Source: a virus
Strand: one strand, 5' to 3'
Length of the DNA: 64,000 nt
IMG/VR virus record: IMGVR_UViG_3300034198_017033
Coordinates: 32,445 to 96,444 of that record
The position numbers and the translations under genes were made by a program. Positions 26,387 through 34,908 of the stretch are shown here, piece by piece. How positions within the stretch are numbered: the stretch's first letter is position 1; every line of letters starts with the position of its first letter. Under the pieces are notes generated by a model. The model saw nothing but the letters and a program-made list of their open reading frames with translations. It was not told the DNA's origin and made no database searches.

Positions 26387-28339
26387 TTAATACATATTTT
26401 TACCTAACAAGCCTTCACGATACATTCTAGTTTTTAAATCTCGAACCCATCTGTTTCTATATTTTAAAGGTAAATTATTGTAAACAACTCTAATCGTTAC
26501 TGACATATTCATCATTTCATTAAAAGTTAAATTATCCCAAACATCTTGATATTTTCTTTTTAATTGATGAATATTATGTATTTGTGCTTGTATTTCTAAA
26601 GTATCAGCATCAATTGGTATGTTATTTCTACCAACTTTTTTATTTTTTTTGATGAATTTATCAACAGCTCTTTTTATTCTATTGTTGTTAAACGTATCAT
26701 CTAACCAATGTGTTAATTCATGATGTATAGAACCTTTGATTTTTTCTTCCGATAAATCTGATTTTATTTTTTTAGCATCATCCCATTCTAAATTATCTAA
26801 AGCTTTATCAAAATCATTATTGTTATCTTTTATAAATTCTAACGCTCTTTTAGATGCTGTAATTGAAATTGTTTTAGTGTTTGGGTTATAAATATTGTTG
26901 TCAAAGTTAATTAATATTTTACAAGGGTTTATTTCATTTGCTTTAACACATAATGGATTACTTAAAATACTAGTGCTTATAATTGTGTTATAAAACATAC
27001 TATTATTTAATTTTCTAGTTTTAAGTAATGTATCTAAATCCTCAGCAAAAAAATTATCATAAATTAAATCTACATCATCGTCTATATTGTAAAGAGCTTC
27101 AGTTATCAAACCTTCTCTGAGTGTATTTTTTACTTCGTTTAAATCTAATGATAACTGGTTAGGGTCAACGAATTTTTGTTTTTTCTTTTTTTCTTTTGGT
27201 TTTTTTACTCCAAAGTTCATTACTTTCATTGCAGTTGGTAAATCAATTAGGTACTCTATGTATTCGTTAACACTTCTACCATAGTCCTCATCGTCATCAT
27301 GAATATCTCTGTTTGACATAGTATAAAGTCTTTCATCACCAGTTTCACCATAATCTGAATAATCATATCTAAGTGGTTTTGTAAGGACATGCATAAACAA
27401 TTCAGAATCTGAAGGCTCTGAAAAATCTATTATTATATAACAATATCCGTTAGTTGAATTCCTAGACCAATCTTCCCAATTAGTAGAACCACCTTTTCTA
27501 TTATAAGTAAAACACCAAAGAGAATTACAACCAATTTCTTTTATCCCATTTGGACCAGAAACTTCAATAATCATTATGTTACCTTTATTATATTTAACTT
27601 TTAATTCGTCATAGTTTTCTTTATCATGTTTAAGTATTTGTCCTATTTGTTTTCTAGTTAAGTCAACACCACCAAGTAAGTTTTCTTTCTCTTGTACAAA
27701 ATCCAATACATCATCAAGTGTTGTGTTGTTAGTAAACATCTTTCTTAATATGCTGTTTCTAGCTTCTTCGTTTCTATTATTCAACTGACTAATATGCGCA
27801 TCAGCATGTTCTAAATCATCTCTATAACTATTCATTTGGGAGCTATCTCTTTCAGTTCTAATATCAGTTTTCATATTACGTTTAGCTATTGAAGGCCATT
27901 CATTAAAGATATTAAGTATTTTTTCACGCTGAATCAACCCTCTAATTAAATCATTTGTATCTTGAACACCATTGATGTTGAAACCTTTGATGGGGAATAC
28001 ATTTTTATCGTATTCTTTTAATTGGTTGTATATTGGTCTTAATTTTTGCAAATCAGGTGTACTCATCACATCATTTTCTGGTTTTTCAGTTTCTTGATGT
28101 TCTGGGTCTAATTGTTTAAGAGCCCATTCACCAGTTCTATGATTATTGGTTAACATCGTATAGTAGATGTCAGTCATTATTTTGGTATATGGGTCACCAT
28201 TGGTGATACGTGTAATTATTTCTCTAACTCTAGGTGATAACTTCCCAGAATTGAAATAAACCTTATCAGCCAATTGTAAGTTTTCTCTAAGTAATTGTTT
28301 AATTAAATTCTTCATTTTTTTTAAAAGGGTTTGTTTCAC
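26387..28339 (-). CDS. large hypothetical protein with the shared N-terminal motif
   Basis: 650-aa ORF. The N-terminus contains MKNLIKQLLRENL. Confidence 0.5.
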   Translation of the reverse strand: MKQTLLKKMKNLIKQLLRENLQLADKVYFNSGKLSPRVREIITRITNGDPYTKIMTDIYYTMLTNNHRTGEWALKQLDPEHQETEKPENDVMSTPDLQKLRPIYNQLKEYDKNVFPIKGFNINGVQDTNDLIRGLIQREKILNIFNEWPSIAKRNMKTDIRTERDSSQMNSYRDDLEHADAHISQLNNRNEEARNSILRKMFTNNTTLDDVLDFVQEKENLLGGVDLTRKQIGQILKHDKENYDELKVKYNKGNIMIIEVSGPNGIKEIGCNSLWCFTYNRKGGSTNWEDWSRNSTNGYCYIIIDFSEPSDSELFMHVLTKPLRYDYSDYGETGDERLYTMSNRDIHDDDEDYGRSVNEYIEYLIDLPTAMKVMNFGVKKPKEKKKKQKFVDPNQLSLDLNEVKNTLREGLITEALYNIDDDVDLIYDNFFAEDLDTLLKTRKLNNSMFYNTIISTSILSNPLCVKANEINPCKILINFDNNIYNPNTKTISITASKRALEFIKDNNNDFDKALDNLEWDDAKKIKSDLSEEKIKGSIHHELTHWLDDTFNNNRIKRAVDKFIKKNKKVGRNNIPIDADTLEIQAQIHNIHQLKRKYQDVWDNLTFNEMMNMSVTIRVVYNNLPLKYRNRWVRDLKTRMYREGLLGKNMY

Positions 28340-29510
28340 TTATGTTATTTGCTTCGTAGTATAAATCCCAATCTAAAATAGATTCATTGGTTGTTCTAGC
28401 GTTTATTTTTTGCATTACATCTGACTGGTTATCATCTTTTGCCATAGCGTATAATTTATGAATTTTCTTTAATAACTTATCGGTTACGGTTTTAAAGTTT
28501 TTTTGTTCATAATTGAAGAACTGTTGATAATTATCAAATCGTTTTAAAGTGTCAACATAATCTTTAATTTCTTTTCTAGAAACCGAATCACCTTGTAATA
28601 ACATAGCAACAAAAGGGACATTTAATCTAGCAGCGGCTTTATAAGACTCAAATTTACGCTTTTGTATTAATTCATATGTAAGTTTCAATAAAAGACTAAT
28701 TAAATCATCCTCAGATGAAGGTATTTTGTACCCAGCATCATCCAACACCTTAATTATCCTATCTTTGTGTTGTTTCAATTCATTTATCAACTCATCTAAA
28801 GAGAATGAATTTATCCTTTTTAGGTTTTGATACGTGTCATCAGTTTCCAAAAAATTTAAAAATTGTTTTTTGGTGATACCTACTTGTTCTATATTTGATG
28901 CTACTTCTGTTGCTCTAACTAAATTTTCAGCATTAGTAGTAAAATATAAATCATGTATAAATTGGTCCAAAGGTGGTATGTTTGTTCTCATATCGGTAAA
29001 AACACCATATTCACTATTTCTATGTATTTTAGACACTTTCTTTTTATACATATCGTAAGCATGTTTTAACTCATGAGTTAAAGCCATTGTTAATTTAATC
29101 TTTTCTTTAGCAAATTCTTCTAATACTTCTTCTACCGTTGTTGTTTTGTTTATTGCAATTTCAATGAATAGATAAACAGAGCCGTCTTTACCTACAGAAA
29201 TATTTCTAAATAATTGAACATCAAACTCGCTTTTATTTCTAAAAGCCATACCATAAACTTTAGGTAAATTGTTGTCATGACGGTTTAATACCTTAGTATT
29301 TAATTTAAGTTTAACTTTATTAAACACAGCATCACCAACTTTATACTCACCAGTTATTTTAATTTTATTTGGAATATCAGTCATAAGCATATCTGCTGGT
29401 TGTTGGTTTAAATAATCTAAAACTTTATTATAAACTTCAACACCAACATTTGTTATATTGTCTGGCACACCTAATGCCTCTCTAAGTAATTGTTTAATCG
29501 TATCTTTCAT
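28299..29510 (-). CDS. hypothetical protein with the shared N-terminal motif
   Basis: 403-aa ORF beginning MKDTIKQLLREAL. Confidence 0.5.
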   Translation of the reverse strand: MKDTIKQLLREALGVPDNITNVGVEVYNKVLDYLNQQPADMLMTDIPNKIKITGEYKVGDAVFNKVKLKLNTKVLNRHDNNLPKVYGMAFRNKSEFDVQLFRNISVGKDGSVYLFIEIAINKTTTVEEVLEEFAKEKIKLTMALTHELKHAYDMYKKKVSKIHRNSEYGVFTDMRTNIPPLDQFIHDLYFTTNAENLVRATEVASNIEQVGITKKQFLNFLETDDTYQNLKRINSFSLDELINELKQHKDRIIKVLDDAGYKIPSSEDDLISLLLKLTYELIQKRKFESYKAAARLNVPFVAMLLQGDSVSRKEIKDYVDTLKRFDNYQQFFNYEQKNFKTVTDKLLKKIHKLYAMAKDDNQSDVMQKINARTTNESILDWDLYYEANNISETNPFKKNEEFN

Positions 29511-29530
29511 ACCTATAAATATTCAATAAA

Positions 29531-29555
29531 ATAAAAAAGGGCCTCAGTGGCCCTA
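29531..29555 (-). terminator. intrinsic terminator (gggcc tcagt ggccc with a U-tract on the minus strand)
   Basis: Hairpin followed by TTTTTT in minus orientation after the stop of 29561-29974. Confidence 0.55.
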
Positions 29556-29560
29556 ATTTA

Positions 29561-29974
29561 TTACGCTACATGTAGCTTTTCAATTAAATCTTTTTTGTAT
29601 TGTTCCATCACTCTCCAATTTACATCTGGAGCGTCCATTGACGCAACAATTTCTTTTAAACTATCAATGATAGGTTGTGTTTTTCTTTTAAGTCTAACAC
29701 TCATGTAACCTTGATTCAAAAACATAAGGTGTTTAAGACCATTCTTAGCGTTAGAACTTGACCAACCATCAATATTGACTTGGATGTTTATTCTGTTTGG
29801 GGTTAAATCTTCATTTAATAATAAACCCATCCAATAGGTTTTACCATCTTTTGTTTTAACATCAAAAAGTCTAAATACTACTTTTTTATCGTTTATTGTT
29901 TTTACAAACACGTGTTGTGCTGTTTTGTTTAAATATGTATTCAATTCTTGTTGAACTTGTTCTTGTGTTTTCAT
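29561..29974 (-). CDS. hypothetical protein
   Basis: 137-aa ORF. Confidence 0.45.
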   Translation of the reverse strand: MKTQEQVQQELNTYLNKTAQHVFVKTINDKKVVFRLFDVKTKDGKTYWMGLLLNEDLTPNRINIQVNIDGWSSSNAKNGLKHLMFLNQGYMSVRLKRKTQPIIDSLKEIVASMDAPDVNWRVMEQYKKDLIEKLHVA

Positions 29975-30108
29975 TTGTTTTCTTTTTAAATTTATTATAA
30001 TTGTTAGTAGTTGGACAAGTTGTCCAAGATAATGTCCAAGTTATAATAAACTTAATTCGGTGGTCTTGCAATCTACATCATGATTTCTATGTTTTAAATT
30101 ATTATTAG

Positions 30109-30178
30109 AGGTTTGGGGTGGATTCGAACCACCGTGCCAGTTCTTGCGGAACTGTACCTACCACTCGGTCACCAAACC
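30109..30178 (-). tRNA. tRNA-Cys (anticodon GCA), discriminator U; atypical C33 in the anticodon loop
   Basis: Acceptor GGTTTGG/CCAAACC. Anticodon stem-loop CAGTT-CCGCAAG-AACTG. T-arm GGTGG-TTCGAAT-CCACC. Confidence 0.5.
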
Positions 30179-30184
30179 ATTTAA

Positions 30185-30442
30185 TTAAGGGTAAATCGTT
30201 GCGACTACCCTATTGTTTATTTTTTCAATTTTCAATTTAGCTTTGAATTTAATAGAACCCTTTGTACTTGGGTTGTCTGGTGTTTCTTTGGTAGTAAAAC
30301 CTACACCAGATTCCATATCTACGTGGTCTACATAATATGTTTCACCCTTGGCTTTGATTACCCACATAGGTATACTAGGGTCTTGTAAAGACATTTTGTT
30401 AAAATGGAAAATGATTTCTGTTCTGGATTGAATATTAAGCAT
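30185..30442 (-). CDS. hypothetical protein
   Basis: 85-aa ORF. Confidence 0.4.
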   Translation of the reverse strand: MLNIQSRTEIIFHFNKMSLQDPSIPMWVIKAKGETYYVDHVDMESGVGFTTKETPDNPSTKGSIKFKAKLKIEKINNRVVATIYP

Positions 30443-30785
30443 ATTGAACCTCCTTTCCTAATAACGGACATGAACTGGTAAGTTTTTTAGCCGCGTCTGT
30501 TGGTTCAAAGGCTACTGCTGTAATCACGTTACCCAAATCTGGTTCACGGAAAATAGTGTGTTTGATACCAATAAAGATAGCTTTGGTAATCAATTTGATT
30601 AACTCTTCTTCATCAGCGACAGTTAATAATGCTAAATAATTTGATTTTGTTTGCCATTGTGATGCCACTTCTGGGTGGTCATGTTGAAAATCAATGGCTG
30701 CGTGTGCCGATTGCACCGCTTGTGTGGAAATTGGTAAGTCACGTCTTGTGACAACTCTTAATTTTTGATTGTTAATCTAAGTCAT
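30435..30785 (-). CDS. PTH2-family peptidyl-tRNA hydrolase homolog; full length only if the in-frame TAG at codon 3 (30777-30779) is read through (otherwise GTG start at 30716)
   Basis: LRVVTRRDLPISTQAVQSAHAAIDF aligns with human PTH2 [42 protein letters not shown] aligns with [20 protein letters not shown]. The frame reads ATG ACT TAG ATT AAC. Confidence 0.45.
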
Positions 30786-30845
30786 TTGTTCTATTTGTTT
30801 TTTGTTTATAAATATATCATTTTTCTAAAAAATGTAAAGTGTTTG

Positions 30846-30918
30846 TAGTTCTAATCGGACTCGAACCGATATTTCTCCGTTTTAGAGGCGGGCGTATTCA
30901 CGTTAATACTATAGAACC
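30846..30918 (-). tRNA. suppressor-type tRNA with anticodon CTA (reads UAG), 73 nt with standard numbering, discriminator A
   Basis: Acceptor GGTTCTA/TAGAACT. D-arm GTAT-TAACGTGA-ATAC. Anticodon loop positions 32-38 are CTCTAAA (U33, A37). The anticodon stem is weak (3 GC pairs flanked by C-A pairs). T-arm ATCGG-TTCGAGT-CCGAT. Confidence 0.55.
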
Positions 30919-30926
30919 TTATTGTG

Positions 30927-30939
30927 ATACAAAGATACC
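30927..30939 (-). promoter_or_regulatory. -7 promoter element (gatacaaagatacc) about 12 nt upstream of the CTA-tRNA 5' end, with caactttttt A-tract repeats further upstream
   Basis: Consensus motif. The tRNA has its own promoter. Confidence 0.5.
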
Positions 30940-30968
30940 ACAACTTTTTTAATTGTGCAACTTTTTTT

Positions 30969-31472
30969 CTAATTTTTTTTCAAAAATTTTCCAAGTCTTA
31001 AAACTTTCTCTTTGAATTCTTCGAAAGTTCCATTGTTTTCAATGATGATATCAGCGCATGTTTTGTCAATATCAAATGATGAAGGGTCTTCCAACGGTAA
31101 TCTTTCTGATGCGTCAACCCAAATGATTATATCAAACAACCCTTGGCGCATACACTCGTTTATTTCTTCTCTATCACGCATACCTACATAACAATCTGAT
31201 TGTTCTAGTATACTCTTAGCTAATCTAGCTCTGTCGTCTTTGTTGTAATCACAAATCAATTGTTTCCATTCAGCTCTGTGGTTTACTCTATCCTCGAAAC
31301 ATTCTTCTGGTGTTGTATAACCATACTTGTCTTTTAAGGTGTCATACAAGAAAATATCAGCAGCAGCTTGTGATGATGATTTGAACGTAAGACCATAATT
31401 ATCTCGCCATATTTCAGCTAACGTATCTTTCGCGTGGCGAGCGTGACCTATAATAAGCATTTTTTTAAACAT
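30969..31472 (-). CDS. putative deoxynucleoside monophosphate kinase (T4 gp1-like)
   Basis: LIIGHARHAKDTLAEI and overall spacing resemble T4 gp1 LIFLSGVKRSGKDTTADFI (degenerate P-loop). Confidence 0.35.
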   Translation of the reverse strand: MFKKMLIIGHARHAKDTLAEIWRDNYGLTFKSSSQAAADIFLYDTLKDKYGYTTPEECFEDRVNHRAEWKQLICDYNKDDRARLAKSILEQSDCYVGMRDREEINECMRQGLFDIIIWVDASERLPLEDPSSFDIDKTCADIIIENNGTFEEFKEKVLRLGKFLKKN

Positions 31473-31525
31473 ATCTATTTTTTTAAATTAGAAGAAACCC
31501 TACCTTTCACAGTAGAGTTCTTGGT

Positions 31526-32464
31526 TTATTTAAGTTGGTTTAACACTGCTGTGCTACCCACAACTTGTGGTACCCTTGGTGTGTTAGGGTTGATGTCAAT
31601 CCATTTTAAGTATTCAACATACAACGGAGTGATTTCTTGTTTTCTAATTCTCATAGCTTCTGCTTGTGCTTTAGCCGCGATAATTGTTTGTTGTGCATCA
31701 CCATTAGCAATAGCCACTTTCTTTCTAGCTTCAGCTTCAGCTGTAAGAGCTTTTTGGTCCTCAGCTTGTGCTTGTTGAATCGCTCTAGTTTTAGCTATAA
31801 TTGTTTCTTGTAAGGATTGTGGTGGAACAATGTTTGTTCTTAATTGTGACACGGTAAACCATTTAGATAAACGCTTGTTACATTCAGTTTTAATCGCAGC
31901 TTCAAATTGTTCACGCTCGTTAAAGATTTTATCAACCTCCCATTTATTAGCAACGTCATTAATAGCACCAACTATGGCTGTTTGTAACCAACCTTGTTCT
32001 ACTGATTTAATATCCAAACGTAAATTCTGGAACATATCACCAACAGCACCAGCTTTTAATGAATAGTTAAAACTTGGGTGAATTGTCGCTGGGAAACCAC
32101 CTTTGGTTATAACTTGTTGTTTTTCATATCCAATAGTTTGTTGGAAAACTGGAAACTGATAAAGTTGTTCAGTCCATGTATTGAATACTACCCAACCAGT
32201 TTTGTATTCATACTTTGATACACCGCGTGCATCACCAGATAAGTTGACTTTGATACCTACGTTACCAGCATCGACCCTATCTAATTTGTAAGGTTGAGTA
32301 AAACCTAACGTAAGGCCCAAAACTAATATTAGTATTGGTTTAATTAACCAAACACTATTAAATTCTGTTCCCCAGTTGGTTTGTTTTGTGCTCGATTCCC
32401 TTGTGGAAAGAGCGATTACTATCGCCATTATTAGCGATAAAACAATAATAATTGTTGAAATCAT
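31526..32464 (-). CDS. SPFH/band-7 (prohibitin/stomatin-like) membrane protein
   Basis: N-terminal TM helix, SPFH core, and a C-terminal Ala/Glu-rich helix (TAEAEARKKVAIANGDAQ). Confidence 0.6.
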   Translation of the reverse strand: MISTIIIVLSLIMAIVIALSTRESSTKQTNWGTEFNSVWLIKPILILVLGLTLGFTQPYKLDRVDAGNVGIKVNLSGDARGVSKYEYKTGWVVFNTWTEQLYQFPVFQQTIGYEKQQVITKGGFPATIHPSFNYSLKAGAVGDMFQNLRLDIKSVEQGWLQTAIVGAINDVANKWEVDKIFNEREQFEAAIKTECNKRLSKWFTVSQLRTNIVPPQSLQETIIAKTRAIQQAQAEDQKALTAEAEARKKVAIANGDAQQTIIAAKAQAEAMRIRKQEITPLYVEYLKWIDINPNTPRVPQVVGSTAVLNQLK

Positions 32465-32469
32465 GGTTT

Positions 32470-32664
32470 TTATTTATTTAAATTGTTAATAATATACAAA
32501 TAAGTCTTTTTAACTAACAATACAGTCATTGCTAATACAAAGATTAAGGATAAGAATTGAACAGAACCGTCTGTTGGTCTGCTAATCACATACTCGGAAA
32601 TGTAATCTAACCCAACCACCCATAATATCCAAAAAATAACAATAATTAAAGGATTGTTTTTCAT
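32470..32664 (-). CDS. small membrane protein
   Basis: Start MKNNPLIIVIFWIL lies downstream of the promoter motif at 32683-32699. Two hydrophobic helices. Confidence 0.4.
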   Translation of the reverse strand: MKNNPLIIVIFWILWVVGLDYISEYVISRPTDGSVQFLSLIFVLAMTVLLVKKTYLYIINNLNK

Positions 32665-32748
32665 ATTTAAAGATTTTTTTACAAAGATACCGATTTTTTT
32701 ACTTATGTACAAATAAAAAAGGGTGAAAATTTCACCCTTTTTTTTTTA

Positions 32749-33426
32749 TTACGATAGTAATTGTATTTTACCTCTGTATATGTCTTTTATATTTGCAGTC
32801 TTTTCTGTGATATGGTCGATTACAACACCATCTTTAACTCTGTAGGTTCTTCGTTTATCACCTCTATCACCCTTCCCGATTTGGTCTTTTCTTTGTTCAC
32901 TAGCTTCATTATCATGACCGCTTCTATAAAAATCGTTTACTCGTTTTTTTAATTCGACAAGAGCTTCTTCTTTATTTTTATGTTGGCATCTTCCGTTTCT
33001 TACAACTTTAATACCTGTTGCTTCATGAGTTACAATTACTGTAGAGTCAGTAGTGTTGCGGTGCTGCCCACCTGGACCAGTCCCTCTAGTTGTTTCTAAA
33101 CGATATTCACTTGGATGTATCTCTACTTCTTTGTAATCGTTTTCTTGCATAAGTGCTACTGTTATTGAACTAGTGTGGACTCTTCCCTTACGTTCGGTTG
33201 GTGGGACTCTTTGCCACCTGTGGTTACCAATTTCGTTTTCGAAGATTTTTTTGACATTTTTACCAGTTAGTCATATGCTAACATAGCCATCTCTTTCTTC
33301 ATCGGTTATTCATCCGATGTTATTAATGTTTGCTGCTTTGGTGTAAATGTCTTTCATTTCACACACCAATAGCTTTGCATCGGTCCCGCCCTCTGCACCA
33401 CGAATTTCAAGTTTAATCTTTTCCAT
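32749..33426 (-). CDS. class I peptide chain release factor, RF1-like (domains 2-4 only), frame interrupted by two in-frame TGA codons (33312-33314 and 33270-33272)
   Basis: Conceptual translation [14 protein letters not shown]...[23 protein letters not shown]...[25 protein letters not shown]...GPGGQHRN...[15 protein letters not shown]. It has the PxT (PPT) and GGQ motifs. The first TGA aligns with the conserved Trp of the RF1 RRWRVEI block. Confidence 0.55.
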
Positions 33427-33467
33427 TGGTTTTTGTGTTTTAAATTAATTATTAGTTTAAATAGAAA

Positions 33468-33496
33468 AACCCATATTGCTATGGGTTTTAATTTTT
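33468..33496 (-). terminator. intrinsic terminator (aacccata ttgc tatgggtt plus U-tract)
   Basis: Lies immediately upstream of the RF1-like start, separating it from the tRNA/GIY-YIG unit. Confidence 0.5.
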
Positions 33497-33552
33497 ACAG
33501 AATAGTCTTTTTTGTATCCTAAACATTAAATTGCTGAATCTATTCTTCTAGT

Positions 33553-33638
33553 TGCGGAAGTAGGATTCGAACCTACAACACAGTGTTACTGCTCCTCTAG
33601 GTTATGAGCCTAGCATGTTACCATTTCCACCATTCCGC
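33553..33638 (-). tRNA. class-II-like tRNA-like gene, anticodon CAT; D-arm and acceptor are imperfect
   Basis: Anticodon arm CTAGG-CTCATAA-CCTAG. Extra hairpin CAGT-AAC-ACTG. T-arm GTAGG-TTCGAAT-CCTAC. The acceptor has about 6 bp. Confidence 0.4.
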
Positions 33639-33646
33639 GATGTATT

Positions 33647-34306
33647 TTATTTTCTACCCTTAACCCAACCTTCGTTCAGATAAGTTTCAAGGTTTTCTTT
33701 TTTTATCTTTTTGTTAGCACCGTCTCTGGTTATCCAACACGTACCGTATTGACTATTTGTTTCACCAATACCAGTACCTTTTCTTTTTTCAGAGATTAAA
33801 CGTTTAGATTCTTCAGCATGATTTTTACCAGTCCAATCTAGATTTTTTAATTTATTCTGTCTGTATTCTTCATTTTCCCAAGCTATTTTATTAACATGAG
33901 AATTGAATCTACTTAACCAGTTTTCATCACCACCGAACTTTTCTTTTAAAACTTCGTCAGTTTTTTTTCTACCAGCTTTAACACATTTAAACATATGTTC
34001 TTCATTGATAAAACCACCACCTTCACCACCAAGAGCCAAATTCATACATTTGGAATCTGAAATTAATTCTTTATTAACAATTTCTTTTTCTCTTTTAGCT
34101 AATTCTTCTCTATTTTCTAAAAATTCTAGAATCTCTTTTGTGTGATTTTCTTTACCGTATTTTCTAATAGAACGTCTTAATGTTTTACCACTACCTATAT
34201 AACCATCTTCTAAGTTATACGTGCTATGCATTCCGATGTACCATCGTCCTGTTATATTACACGTTGTTTTATAAATGTAGTGTATGTTTTTTTCTTTTCT
34301 TGCCAT
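33647..34306 (-). CDS. GIY-YIG homing endonuclease
   Basis: IHYIYKTTCNITGRWYIGMHST...GYIGSG is a GIY-YIG core. The C-terminus carries NUMOD3-like repeats (GKNHAEESKRLISEKRKG). Confidence 0.7.
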   Translation of the reverse strand: MARKEKNIHYIYKTTCNITGRWYIGMHSTYNLEDGYIGSGKTLRRSIRKYGKENHTKEILEFLENREELAKREKEIVNKELISDSKCMNLALGGEGGGFINEEHMFKCVKAGRKKTDEVLKEKFGGDENWLSRFNSHVNKIAWENEEYRQNKLKNLDWTGKNHAEESKRLISEKRKGTGIGETNSQYGTCWITRDGANKKIKKENLETYLNEGWVKGRK

Positions 34307-34365
34307 TTCAATTTCTTTAATAATAAATATCTCAGAAAACTGAAAAGTACAAAAAAGTCTCCAGT

Positions 34366-34436
34366 AGCGGGGGCCCGACTCGAACGGACGACCTCAAGGT
34401 TATGAGCCTTGCGAGCTACCTACTGCTCTACCCCGC
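34366..34436 (-). tRNA. tRNA-Met/Ile2 (anticodon CAT)
   Basis: Acceptor GCGGGG/CCCCGC. D-arm GAGC-AGTAGGTA-GCTC. Anticodon stem-loop CAAGG-CTCATAA-CCTTG. T-arm GTCCG-TTCGAGT-CGGGC. Confidence 0.65.
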
Positions 34437-34856
34437 AATGTTAGTGCGGTAGGCTGGCTATGAACCAGCTATCCTAGAAAATGCTTTTTAAGGCAATCTT
34501 TCAGATAAAGACTTAACTTCTACCACTTTTGGTCAGAATCTCTTTTTTTCTGTGTTTTTTATCAAATTAAAAATAGAGTTTTAGTTTGCTGAAAAGATTC
34601 TTTAACCATATAAGTTATCTCAAGATGATAGTTCGCTTTGTTTTACGTGACTAACGTGCTCACGGTAGTAGATTTAAAGTGTCCTCACAACACTCCCAGT
34701 TTTTTTCACTTTCGTGTGACAATAGCGACTCATGGTATTTCAATGTTGTCAGTAATGTCCGATGGAGACTAGTTACTCCTTCTCATAGTTGTAGATATCT
34801 GTTTGCAGAAATCATCTTTTTAGATATGTTGTTTAAGAACGTATTGTAATAAATAT

Positions 34857-34874
34857 ATGCAAAGATACTAAAAG
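34857..34874 (-). promoter_or_regulatory. -7 promoter element (atgcaaagatactaaaag) pointing into a ~400-nt ORF-poor region upstream of tRNA 34366-34436
   Basis: Consensus motif. gtcaagtttttttacaacttttttt follows, shared with 41661-41700. Confidence 0.45.
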
Positions 34875-34908
34875 TTTCGACTCATGTCAAGTTTTTTTAC
34901 AACTTTTT

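Noticed and set aside
30940-30968. Short direct repeats caactttttt(t) as a CRISPR or iteron array
   Set aside because: Only 2-3 copies, AT-rich, always positioned just upstream of -7 promoter boxes. They behave like promoter UP/-33-region A-tracts and are not spacer-separated repeats.
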